DNA of 19,658 nt from Halalkalibacterium halodurans (GTDB lineage: Bacteria > Bacillota > Bacilli > Bacillales > Bacillaceae_D). The DNA lies in NCBI RefSeq assembly GCF_004376175.1, contig NZ_SNUY01000071.1:1-19658 (forward strand), read 5' to 3'. Below are positions 1-7,000 of this stretch, in pieces. Below the pieces are notes generated by a model, which was given only the letters and a program-made list of their open reading frames with translations, was not told where the DNA came from and searched no databases. Each line of letters opens with the position of its first letter. Positions within the stretch are counted from its first letter, which is position 1. The position numbers and the translations under genes are program-made.

Positions 1-127
1 GTATACACTTCGCCCTTGACAGAACCTTCTGAAACTTTTTGTGTAGTCACCAAGGCTGCTTAAGGTCTAATATATTGGCAATTCCAAAGGAAACCCTGCG
101 AGCTTACACAAAATTCTTGACGGTACC
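1..127 (+). mobile_element. Partial right end (3' non-coding region plus terminal inverted repeat) of a diverged IS6-family-like insertion sequence that runs off the left edge
   Basis: Six collinear blocks match the 3' non-coding/IRR region of the IS6-like element at 19427-19555: CTTCGCCCTTGA 8-19 = 19427-19438 (12/12); ACCtTCTGAA 24-33 vs ACCTCTGAA 19442-19450; GTGT/GTCA 41-49 vs 19461-19472; CTAATAtATtGG 76-87 vs CTAATAAATGG 19497-19507; TCCAAA 92-97 = 19521-19526; CTTGACGGTACC 116-127 vs TTTGACACTACC 19544-19555. Block spacings are similar in both. The boundary at 127 is inferred from the IR alignment. Confidence 0.4.
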
Positions 128-132
128 TCCCA

Positions 133-357
133 ATGCTAAGCAATATAGAAAACCATATTAGTAAAAATATAAGTACAGTCTTCCCTGATGAAAATATGAG
201 AAAGAGTTTTAATAGTATTAAATCTAATCAGTTTCGTAACTTTCTAAATTCGAATATTCATAACCCTGGATTAATTCGTACAACATCTTCTACATTGGAA
301 GGGATAACTAATGGGGGAATGTATTCGTTGATTGATCTAATAATAAAAAATATTTGA
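133..357 (+). CDS. Hypothetical 74-aa ORF, possibly a C-terminal remnant of a gene cut by the IS end at 127
   Basis: ORF track only. AT-rich and N/S/I-rich, with no family recognised. An in-frame TGA at 118-120 lies inside the putative IS end. No convincing RBS. Confidence 0.2.
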   Translation: MLSNIENHISKNISTVFPDENMRKSFNSIKSNQFRNFLNSNIHNPGLIRTTSSTLEGITNGGMYSLIDLIIKNI

Positions 358-420
358 AACTTGCTATAGATAAAAGAAGTTTTGAACTTTTTTCAAATGA
401 GAAAAAAAGGAGAAAAGATC

Positions 421-663
421 ATGCTGCACAAAGAAGAACTTCAACATATGGTGAAGGAAGCTTTAGAGTCAGCTGGTGGATCAGCAAATATTGTTACAAT
501 TTCCAAGTATGTCTGGAGTCACTACGAGACCGAATTGAAAGAATCAGGTGATTTGTTTTATACATGGCAATATGACATTAGGTGGGCAGCTAACGAGTTA
601 CGGCGCAAGGGAATAATGAAAGATGCTGAAAAATCACCAAGGGGAATTTGGGAACTTGTTTGA
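421..663 (+). CDS. Small winged-helix DNA-binding protein (Mrr_N-like wHTH, stand-alone)
   Basis: ATG at 421 is preceded by AAAGGAG (406-412, 8-nt spacer), so the ORF-track start at 382 is probably too long. The C-terminal pattern YTWQYDIRWAANELRRKGIM...SPRGIWEL resembles the wing/recognition region of the Mrr N-terminal winged-helix domain (recalled from E. coli Mrr: YKNRAGWAHDRLKRAGL...SRGKWCLT). Confidence 0.55.
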   Translation: MLHKEELQHMVKEALESAGGSANIVTISKYVWSHYETELKESGDLFYTWQYDIRWAANELRRKGIMKDAEKSPRGIWELV

Positions 664-693
664 TTGTTAGGATAATACTATCAACCTTAAACT

Positions 694-972
694 TTGTTTC
701 AGTGTTCTCTCGCTTTCAAGATGATGATTAAAATAATAGCCAGTAGTGAAGTCACAAATCGGCTGAATGAGTGGTACGACAGAATTAAGCGGAAAGATAT
801 AATTGAGGCACTACAGGCAAAAGAGAAAATACCTACATTACATGAGGAGGCAGACTTATCGCTAATTGCTGCAAGTTTGATCTTTGGCTTTGTTAATCCT
901 CAAGACCTGAGTCAAAGTAGCAGTTCTGGAGATGGATTCACGATCCAGCAAAAACATAATAGTGGAACTTGA
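694..972 (+). pseudogene. Remnant of a Rap-family (response-regulator aspartate phosphatase / TPR quorum-sensing receptor) gene, N-terminal part only
   Basis: IASSEVTNRLNEWYDRIKRKDIIEALQAKEKI resembles the Rap N-terminal helix bundle (B. subtilis RapA: IPSSYVGLKINEWYTHIRQFHVAEAERVK). The ORF is 92 aa against ~375 aa for Rap proteins. There are no TPR repeats, no RBS before 694 or 721, and no downstream phr-like ORF. Confidence 0.4.
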
Positions 973-990
973 TCCTCATATGATGCCGAT

Positions 991-1022
991 AGCCCCGTGA
1001 AATCCACGGGGCTACTATTTTG
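991..1022 (+). terminator. Rho-independent terminator
   Basis: 9-bp stem AGCCCCGTG (991-999) / CACGGGGCT (1005-1013), 5-nt loop, followed by ACTATTTTG. Confidence 0.6.
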
Positions 1023-1136
1023 TTATACTCTTCCTCCTCCCCGCCACCAATTCTACAAGAATAGCCATCATTTTACGGTTGTTGGTGGTAGCGATTTCAT
1101 ATAGAATGGAGAGAGTATATATTTTTTATTAAGTCT

Positions 1137-1228
1137 AGCGCAAGGCGCCATCGTCTCGTGTGAGTGGTTGTCCGCTAATGCTGCGGGCGTACATCCAAGG
1201 GAGGACAGACGGTGCTTGGCGCTTTTTT
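1137..1228 (+). promoter_or_regulatory. Structured leader with a terminator-like closing stem and U-tract immediately upstream of the DegV-family gene RBS
   Basis: AGCGCAAGGCGCCATCGTC (1137-1155) pairs imperfectly with GACGGTGCTTGGCGCT (1208-1223), followed by T6 (1223-1228). It encloses a 6-bp hairpin, GTCCGC (1170-1175) / GCGGGC (1183-1188), and an SD-like AAGGGAGG (1197-1204). No known riboswitch recognised. Confidence 0.3.
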
Positions 1229-1243
1229 AAAAGGGGTGCTCCA

Positions 1244-2095
1244 GTGAGTAAAAAAGTGAAAATTGTGACTGACTCGACGATTGATTTGCCAAAAGAAGTG
1301 ATAGAACAACTAGATGTGACAATCGTTCCGTTGTCAGTGACAATTAACGGGGAATCCTATCTAGATGGAGTCGAGATTACGTCGAAAGAGTTTGTGAATC
1401 AATTGGTTCAATCTGAGGACATTCCCAAGAGTTCGCAGCCATCGGTAGGTTCGTTTTTAGAGGTGTATGACAGATTAGGGGCAGACGGTAGCGAAGTGCT
1501 CTCGATTCATATGACAAGTGGGATGAGCGGGACGTATGCCGCGGCGAAGACGGCTGCTGATATGTCAGATTCGAATGTGACGGTGGTGGATTCAAAATAT
1601 ATTTCTTTAGCCTTAAGCTTTCAAGTGAGGGAAGCCTGTGACATGGCGGCGTCTGGGGAGACGGTTGACGCGATCGTGGCACGGCTAGAGGTTATTCGGA
1701 ATAACACGTCCCTCTATATTATGGTGGATACGTTGGAGTATTTAGTGAAAGGAGGGCGAATCGGGCGGGGCAAGGCATTGGTCGGCTCGCTCTTAAAAAT
1801 AAAGCCAGTGGCGTCCTTGCAAGATGGCGTCTATACGCCAGTGACAAAAGTTAGAAGCTACATGCAAATGATTAAGTTTTTGACGAAAAAGTTTGAAGAA
1901 GAAACGTCTGATAAGATCGTCAAAGGGATCGGGATTGCGCAAGTGGAAGCTCGTGACTTGGCGAATCAAGTGAAGGATGCTTTAAAGGAATTAACGAGCT
2001 TTAAAGACATTTCGCTCGTCGATACGACGCCGATCATTAGCACTCACACTGGTCCAGGGGCGATCGCGCTCATGTACTATACAGACGAACGCTAA
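1244..2095 (+). CDS. DegV-family fatty-acid-binding protein
   Basis: GTG at 1244 has AAAAGGGG (1229-1236) 7 nt upstream, giving 283 aa, a typical DegV length. The N-terminus KVKIVTDSTIDLPKE...VTIVPLSV..NG.SYLDGVEI is the canonical DegV signature. The ORF-track start at 1160 lies inside the leader structure. Confidence 0.85.
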   Translation: MSKKVKIVTDSTIDLPKEVIEQLDVTIVPLSVTINGESYLDGVEITSKEFVNQLVQSEDIPKSSQPSVGSFLEVYDRLGADGSEVLSIHMTSGMSGTYAAAKTAADMSDSNVTVVDSKYISLALSFQVREACDMAASGETVDAIVARLEVIRNNTSLYIMVDTLEYLVKGGRIGRGKALVGSLLKIKPVASLQDGVYTPVTKVRSYMQMIKFLTKKFEEETSDKIVKGIGIAQVEARDLANQVKDALKELTSFKDISLVDTTPIISTHTGPGAIALMYYTDER

Positions 2096-2103
2096 ATGGG
2101 TGA

Positions 2104-2136
2104 ATCTCTACTATACGCATAGTAGGGATTTTTTTG
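2104..2136 (+). terminator. Rho-independent terminator of the DegV-family gene
   Basis: 11-bp stem ATCTCTACTAT (2104-2114) / ATAGTAGGGAT (2119-2129) with one G-U pair, ACGC loop, followed by a T-run to 2135. Confidence 0.8.
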
Positions 2137-2285
2137 TCCTTCATAAGAGGAACCACATGTTATAATAGGATTTTATTGGATTGTTATTGGTGGAGTGAAT
2201 TCATCCATCAGCTCTGTTTGTGTGGAAATTCCACCGACCAACGGCTTCATTTGTTATTTTCAATCGAAAAAAGGAGTGACATAAC

Positions 2286-2738
2286 ATGACGAATCCGTTT
2301 CCGTTTGCCGAATTAATGTCACAGGATGGCTTACACTGCTTCCGCATTGGTTCGTACGGCTATGCCTACCCAGAGGCTGACAATGAATATGATGCGGATT
2401 GGCATCGAAATCCTCTTTCCTTCACACTGCCTGGGTTTAAGGTGGCATTTGATGAGATCATCTTGTCAGGAGGTGTTGTGGAGGACTTTGTAGCAGAGCT
2501 CAAACAGTTTCGCGCGCTGGCGATAAACGAGGCTGTGTTTGATCCGATCGAGCCGTTCTTCCAATTGACGTTTTCGTTCAACCAGCTGAAAAAAGTCGTT
2601 GTAAGTGGCTACGTGGAATATCCTGTTGGCGAGGGGGCGCAGCTGCAATTTGAGTTTGAAACCGATTTGACCTACGTTGATCAATTTGCTGCTGGGTTAA
2701 AGGAGATGCTGCAACGATTTCCGGTACGTGACGTATAA
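2286..2738 (+). CDS. Hypothetical cytoplasmic protein (150 aa); architecture reminiscent of WapI-type immunity proteins (unverified recollection)
   Basis: AAGGAG (2271-2276) lies 9 nt upstream of the ATG. No TM segment or signal peptide. The motif E.D.DW followed by alternating beta-like segments and the C-terminal QFEFETD..YV..F...L.EML..FP resembles small contact-dependent-toxin immunity proteins. This needs an HMM search. Confidence 0.55.
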   Translation: MTNPFPFAELMSQDGLHCFRIGSYGYAYPEADNEYDADWHRNPLSFTLPGFKVAFDEIILSGGVVEDFVAELKQFRALAINEAVFDPIEPFFQLTFSFNQLKKVVVSGYVEYPVGEGAQLQFEFETDLTYVDQFAAGLKEMLQRFPVRDV

Positions 2739-2763
2739 GGGGCCTTCCCCCCTCATAAAAGAA

Positions 2764-2790
2764 GTCAAATTATTTTTAAATCGGTAAAAT
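2764..2790 (+). promoter_or_regulatory. Copy A of a recurring AT-rich motif (candidate activator site plus -10) upstream of the YesL-like gene
   Basis: GTCAAATTATTTTTAAATCGGTAAAAT is nearly identical to 5453-5480 and related to 3527-3555. It ends in a TAAAAT -10-like hexamer about 65 nt upstream of the GTG start at 2855. Confidence 0.4.
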
Positions 2791-2854
2791 CTGTGCCTAC
2801 TCCTTTGCATCATTTCGCCCTACGATAGGGGGAAAAGCGGAGGAGGCGACGACT

Positions 2855-3490
2855 GTGGAATCGGCTGGGTGGACAGGTGGATTGTTTCGCATGTGTGAAT
2901 GGATTACGAGGCTCGCGTTCGTGAATGGGCTATGGCTGTTGTTTACGGTGGTTGGCCTTGGGTTGTTCGGGTTTGCCCCGGCGACTGTCGCGATGTTCTC
3001 GATTGTCCGTAAGTGGATTATGGGGGAGCAAAGCTTTTCGGTCTATTCTACGTTTTGGACGATTTATAAAAAGGAGTTTCGTAAGGCGAATCTGTTGTTC
3101 GGGTTGGTCTTGCTGACGCTAGTCGTCCTGTATGTGAACTACGTCATTATTCATGCGATGACGGGGGCTTTGTACTATGTGCTGCTCATCTGTTTTAGCT
3201 TGTTTTGCCTCGTCGTGGCGGTCGTGCTTCTTTATATTTTCCCGATCTATGTTCATTTTGAAGGGAGTCTCTTGCATTATTTCCGGTCGGCGATTCTGGT
3301 GGGGACGTCCTTCCCGTTGCGAACGGTGGTCATGGCGGTCACAGCCTTTACCGCTGTATTGCTCGGGTTGCTCTTGCCTGGGGTGGCGCTCCTTTTTTTC
3401 GGCAGTGGCCTCAGCTTTGCCCTTATGTTTATTTCCTATAGCATCTTTTCAACGATTCAACCGGCGACGGGCTCAACCACTCTCACGTAA
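2855..3490 (+). CDS. YesL-family (DUF624) integral membrane protein
   Basis: GTG start with GGAGGAGG (2839-2846). The N-terminus CEWITRLAFVNGLWLLFTVVGLGLFGFAPATVAMFSIVRKWI is the DUF624 signature. Several TM segments. The position upstream of sugar ABC and two-component genes matches B. subtilis yesL. Confidence 0.8.
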   Translation: MESAGWTGGLFRMCEWITRLAFVNGLWLLFTVVGLGLFGFAPATVAMFSIVRKWIMGEQSFSVYSTFWTIYKKEFRKANLLFGLVLLTLVVLYVNYVIIHAMTGALYYVLLICFSLFCLVVAVVLLYIFPIYVHFEGSLLHYFRSAILVGTSFPLRTVVMAVTAFTAVLLGLLLPGVALLFFGSGLSFALMFISYSIFSTIQPATGSTTLT

Positions 3491-3502
3491 GAGTGGTTTT
3501 TT
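3475..3502 (+). terminator. Rho-independent terminator overlapping the YesL-like stop codon
   Basis: AACCACTC (3475-3482) / GAGTGGTT (3491-3498), 8-nt loop, T-run 3497-3502. Confidence 0.6.
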
Positions 3503-3526
3503 GATGTAGTGGTCCTCACTGTAAAA

Positions 3527-3555
3527 GTCAAAATTATTGCAATTGTTATCAAAAT
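3527..3555 (+). promoter_or_regulatory. Copy C (more diverged) of the recurring AT-rich motif, upstream of the permease genes
   Basis: GTCAAAATTATTGCAATTGTTATCAAAAT shares the GTCAAA(A)TTATT head and the AAAAT tail with copies A and B. A perfect TATAAT lies at 3585-3590 without a good -35. Confidence 0.35.
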
Positions 3556-3620
3556 AGCGTTAAGCCTTTAGGCCTTATCTCTTTTATAATAGATTCAAAT
3601 CGTTAGAGAGGAGATAACAG

Positions 3621-4565
3621 ATGAGTATTAAAACAGAAAGGTTATCGACTTCCTCAGAGGTAGGCGTGGTGAAGAAGAAAAAATCAACGCTTGATCGATA
3701 TGAAAATCTAGCAGGTTGGCTGTTTGTTGCACCGATGTTAATCGGTGTTACCGTCTTAGTGTTATTGCCGATTGTGGCAACGTTCATTTTAAGTATGGCC
3801 GACTGGAAATTCATCCAAAACATCGATCAGTTGCAGTGGGTCGGCTTCGGAAATTTCAAAGAGTTGATGACAGATAGCGTGTTTTTGAAATCGCTTTTAA
3901 ACAATGGCATCTTTTTGTTTACCGTTCCGATCTGTATGGGGATTTCCCTTGTGTTAGCGGTGGTCATTGATAAAAGCGTTTACATGAAGAGCTATTTCAA
4001 GGTTGCTTTTTTCATGCCGTACATTTCTAGTGTGGTCGCGATTGCGGTTGTATGGCAAGTGTTGTTCCATCCGTCGGCCGGGCCGATTAACCAAACGTTA
4101 ATGGCCCTAGGGATAGCCGACCCGCCAAAGTGGATTGCCGATCCGAGCTTCGCGCTCATTTCCGTCATGCTCATTCAAATTTGGATATCGGTCGGGTTCA
4201 ATTTGATCATTTACATTGCTGGACTGCAAGCGATTCCGAAAGAATTGTATGAAGCGGCGGAGATGGACGGAGCAAACGCGTGGGATAAATTCCGCAAGAT
4301 TACGTTCCCGATGGTGTCTCCAACTTCTTTCTTTTTGCTGATTACGGGGATTATTGCGAGCTTTAAAGTGTTTGACCTGATCGCGGTGCTAACAAAAGGG
4401 GGGCCGATGCATTCGACGAGCGTGCTCGTCTGGCACTTGTATGATACGGCCTTTGTTCATTTAGATATTGGCTATTCGTCGGCGATGGCGATGATTTTGT
4501 TCATCATTGTCTTTCTCATTACGATCATTCAATGGATCGGACAGAAGAAATGGGTTAATTACTGA
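3621..4565 (+). CDS. Carbohydrate ABC transporter permease (MalF/YesP-like)
   Basis: RBS GAGAGGAG (3606-3613). Multi-TM protein with EAA loop EAAEMDGANAWDKFRKITFPMV. Confidence 0.9.
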   Translation: MSIKTERLSTSSEVGVVKKKKSTLDRYENLAGWLFVAPMLIGVTVLVLLPIVATFILSMADWKFIQNIDQLQWVGFGNFKELMTDSVFLKSLLNNGIFLFTVPICMGISLVLAVVIDKSVYMKSYFKVAFFMPYISSVVAIAVVWQVLFHPSAGPINQTLMALGIADPPKWIADPSFALISVMLIQIWISVGFNLIIYIAGLQAIPKELYEAAEMDGANAWDKFRKITFPMVSPTSFFLLITGIIASFKVFDLIAVLTKGGPMHSTSVLVWHLYDTAFVHLDIGYSSAMAMILFIIVFLITIIQWIGQKKWVNY

Positions 4566-4584
4566 GAAAAGGGGAGAAGGTTCA

Positions 4585-5415
4585 TTGAAAACGATCAATA
4601 TCCAAAAATGGTTGACGACGATCATCGTCTTTTTGCTCAGCGTCATGTTTTTGCTGCCTTTCGCTTGGATGCTGTCCACCTCGTTTAAAATTGAAGCGGA
4701 CGTTTTCACGTATCCGATTCAATGGATTCCTGAGCGGTGGAACGGCTTTAACAACTATATGCAAGTGTGGTTTGGCGATTATCCTTTTTATCTTTATTAT
4801 TGGAACTCCTTAAAAGTAGCGGTGTTAACGACGGTCGTTTCGTGTACGGTATCGGCGCTTGCCGCTTACGGGTTTTCGAAGGTGAGGTTTCCAGCGGGGA
4901 AGTGGTTGTTTCTCATCGTGTTAGCGACGTATATGGTTCCGCAGCAGGCGAGCTTAGTCCCGCAGTTTATTTTGTATCGTCAAATCGGCTTGTTTGACAG
5001 TCACCTTGGGCTCATTTTGTTAGGAAGCTTCAGCGTTCTTGGAACGTTTATGCTGCGCCAGTTTTTTATGGGCGTTCATAATGAATACATTGAAGCGGCT
5101 AAAATTGACGGGGCTGGGCATTGGAAAATTTTTTGGCTCATCGCACTGCCGATTGTTAGGCCGGCCATTGCTACCTATGCGATTTTGCGATTCATTTGGA
5201 CGTGGAACGATTATCAAAATCCGTTGATCTTTTTACGGACAGATGCCTTGTACACGATTCAGTTAGCGATGCAAAAATTTACGACGATTAACGGGGAGTT
5301 TTATTCTCTCATTATGGCGGCTGCTGTTTCGGCGATTCTCCCGTTGTTAATTATTTTCGTCATCGGGCAAAAGCAAGTCATCGAAGGGATTGCCCTTGGC
5401 GGGGTGAAAGGGTAG
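4585..5415 (+). CDS. Carbohydrate ABC transporter permease (MalG/YesQ-like)
   Basis: TTG at 4585 is preceded by AAGGGGAG (about 4569-4576), so the ORF-track start at 4507 would overlap the upstream permease. EAA loop EAAKIDGAGHWKIFWLIALPIV. Six predicted TM segments. Confidence 0.9.
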   Translation: MKTINIQKWLTTIIVFLLSVMFLLPFAWMLSTSFKIEADVFTYPIQWIPERWNGFNNYMQVWFGDYPFYLYYWNSLKVAVLTTVVSCTVSALAAYGFSKVRFPAGKWLFLIVLATYMVPQQASLVPQFILYRQIGLFDSHLGLILLGSFSVLGTFMLRQFFMGVHNEYIEAAKIDGAGHWKIFWLIALPIVRPAIATYAILRFIWTWNDYQNPLIFLRTDALYTIQLAMQKFTTINGEFYSLIMAAAVSAILPLLIIFVIGQKQVIEGIALGGVKG

Positions 5416-5452
5416 TGAATCTGTGTTGCCCCCTTTTGTCTAATGAATAGAT

Positions 5453-5480
5453 GTCAAATTATTTTTAATATTGGTAAAAT
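5453..5480 (+). promoter_or_regulatory. Copy B of the recurring AT-rich motif, upstream of the solute-binding-protein gene
   Basis: GTCAAATTATTTTTAATATTGGTAAAAT. The first 16 nt are identical to copy A and it has the same GGTAAAAT tail. Confidence 0.4.
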
Positions 5481-5561
5481 TATTTCCGTCTCATGAAGAA
5501 ATCGCTTTGCTATAATTCGGTTTGTAAGGGTTTTTATAATAGAATACAAGGGGGAAATAGA

Positions 5562-6923
5562 ATGAAGAAAACATGGGTATCCACTGTTTTTGCTTCTGCC
5601 GTCCTCATGATCGGGTTGGCGGGGTGTTCGGGTGGTAGTGGCGATAGCACATCGGCAACGAATGATGATAATGGACATGATAGCGAAGAAACGGTAACGA
5701 TTAAATTTCATACACACGGTAACGAGGCTAGCTATAACTGGGCGCACACGATTGCCGCTTTTGAAGAAGAGCATCCTAACATCAACATTGATTTAGTTAT
5801 TTTAAGTGAGAAGGGTGATTCACAGGAAGCGATTCAAAAGCTCGATTTAGCTGCCGCTTCTGGGGAGCAGCTTGATGTGTTAATGTTCAGTGATCCGGCA
5901 AGTTATGCGCAACGGGTGCATTTAGGAATGGTCGCCCCGATCGATGAATTCATTAGCGAAGAAGGCTTTGCGATGACAGAAGAATATAAGGTCGATACGC
6001 AAATTGACGGCCAATATTATGCGCTCCCAGGTAAATTCAACCCTTGGTACGTCTTGATGAATAAGGACCACTTAGAAGAGGCTGGATTGGACGTGCCGAC
6101 CGATTGGACATGGGATGATTTTATGGCCTATGCGAAAGACTTAACGACAGACGATCATTACGGTACGTACTTCCACGGTCCACAAGGGGACGGCTGGATG
6201 GAATTTATGAAACTAGCGCTTGCGAGTGAGGAGAATGATACAGAGTTCATTAAAGATGATGGAACGTCCAATCTCGACCATCCGCTATTTAAGAAAACGT
6301 TAGAAATGCGCGTGCAAATGGAGAAAGAAGATCAATCGGCTGTGCCGTACACGGATATTATTTCGCAGAAGCTTCATTACCGGAATCAATTTTTCGGTCA
6401 AGATGCGAGCATGATTCTGATCGGAAGCTGGATGAATACGGAGCTTGGGGGAACGGATCAATTTCCACTTGATTTCAACGTCGGAGTGGCGCCTTACCCG
6501 AAAAATGATCTAAGCGGGGAATCGTATACCCCTGTGACAACGGATTATATGGCGGTCGCAGCCAATTCGGAGCATAAGGAGGAGGCGTATACGTTTATTC
6601 GCTGGTACACAACGGAAGGGCAAGTCGTCCAAGGGAAAAACGTTCCGTCATGGAACGGGGTAAGTGACGAGGATCTCGGGACGATCATTGACGGCATTTT
6701 AGCAGAAACGGTGGCGCCTGAAAAAGTAGATCGCGACTCTTTAGTCAATGTGTTGCAAAACGCCCAGTCGTCGAAAATGATTGCCCCTGTGTCCTATCAA
6801 GCCGAGCTTTATAAAGTGATTGGTGAGGAATACGAGAAGCTCATTTTAGACGATCAAGATCTCGACACGACGCTTGAGAAAATGCAAGAACGAGGGCAAG
6901 AGATTATTGAGAATAATCAGTAA
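5562..6923 (+). CDS. ABC transporter extracellular solute-binding lipoprotein (family 1, sugar/oligosaccharide)
   Basis: ATG at 5562 with AAGGGGGA (5548-5555). Signal peptide plus lipobox MKKTWVSTVFASAVLMIGLAGC. About 450 aa, typical of oligosaccharide-binding proteins. Confidence 0.9.
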   Translation: MKKTWVSTVFASAVLMIGLAGCSGGSGDSTSATNDDNGHDSEETVTIKFHTHGNEASYNWAHTIAAFEEEHPNINIDLVILSEKGDSQEAIQKLDLAAASGEQLDVLMFSDPASYAQRVHLGMVAPIDEFISEEGFAMTEEYKVDTQIDGQYYALPGKFNPWYVLMNKDHLEEAGLDVPTDWTWDDFMAYAKDLTTDDHYGTYFHGPQGDGWMEFMKLALASEENDTEFIKDDGTSNLDHPLFKKTLEMRVQMEKEDQSAVPYTDIISQKLHYRNQFFGQDASMILIGSWMNTELGGTDQFPLDFNVGVAPYPKNDLSGESYTPVTTDYMAVAANSEHKEEAYTFIRWYTTEGQVVQGKNVPSWNGVSDEDLGTIIDGILAETVAPEKVDRDSLVNVLQNAQSSKMIAPVSYQAELYKVIGEEYEKLILDDQDLDTTLEKMQERGQEIIENNQ

Positions 6924-6945
6924 ACGTCTGTTAGAATAATCGTAT

Positions 6946-6977
6946 AGGGGCGTAAACCGTTTCCGTCCCCTCTTTTT
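6946..6977 (+). terminator. Probable (leaky) terminator after the solute-binding-protein gene
   Basis: AGGGGCG (6946-6952) / CG(T)CCCCT (6964-6971), stem with one bulge, followed by CTTTTTC. Confidence 0.45.
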
Positions 6978-7000
6978 CATTCTAAATGAGGAGGTTGGTT

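Noticed and set aside
100-131. The left-edge terminus initially looked like an IS256-family IR. TTACACAAAAT at 107-117 matches the nested IS256-like right IR (17901-17911), and the reverse complement GGTACCGTCAAGAATTTTGTGTAAG resembles the IRL at 16304-16329.
   Set aside because: The upstream 100 nt show collinear block similarity to the IS6-like 3' tail (19427-19555), not to either end of the IS256-like element. I therefore assign it to an IS6-like relative. The IR cores of the two IS types both contain GTGTCAA/TTTTGTG-like AT-rich strings, and the shared stretch is too short to discriminate with certainty.
354-551. 65-aa ORF overlapping the wHTH gene in another frame.
   Set aside because: Overlaps the better-supported 421..663 frame. 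No RBS and no recognisable domain.
1160-1243. Longer N-termini offered by the ORF track: DegV from 1160, permease from 4507, binding protein from 5493, kinase from 6986, wHTH from 382, racemase from 16049.
   Set aside because: In each case an internal start has a canonical SD at 6-9 nt and yields the family-typical N-terminus. The extensions overlap upstream genes or structured leaders, or lack an RBS.
1377-1682. Antisense or alternative-frame ORFs inside confident genes. They are 1377..1682-, 2366..2581-, 2466..2684-, 2925..3116+, 3177..3509+, 3584..3823-, 3992..4174-, 4461..4709-, 4582..4764-, 4767..4997+, 5020..5217-, 5039..5227+, 5454..5774-, 6545..6748-, 8603..8815-, 11117..11299+, 11133..11408+, 12103..12339-, 12691..12885-, 13059..13247-, 13350..13532-, 13625..13846-, 13758..14003+, 14430..14648- and 18636..18887+.
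   Set aside because: All overlap ORFs with strong family signatures. They have skewed, low-complexity (R/S/P-rich) compositions and no RBS, so they are shadow ORFs.
3540-3580. Possible catabolite-responsive element (cre) or operator near AAAATAGCGTTAAGCCTTTAGGCCTTA, and another near 10440-10460.
   Set aside because: Neither matches the TGNAANCGNWNNCW cre consensus at the key TG/CG positions. The GCCTTTAGGC palindrome is short and could be chance.
5398-5440. Possible terminator after the second permease gene (GGGG...CCCCCTTTTG).
   Set aside because: The stem is about 4-5 bp with a ~25-nt loop, too weak to call. Motif copy B follows directly, so a promoter rather than a terminator may define this junction.
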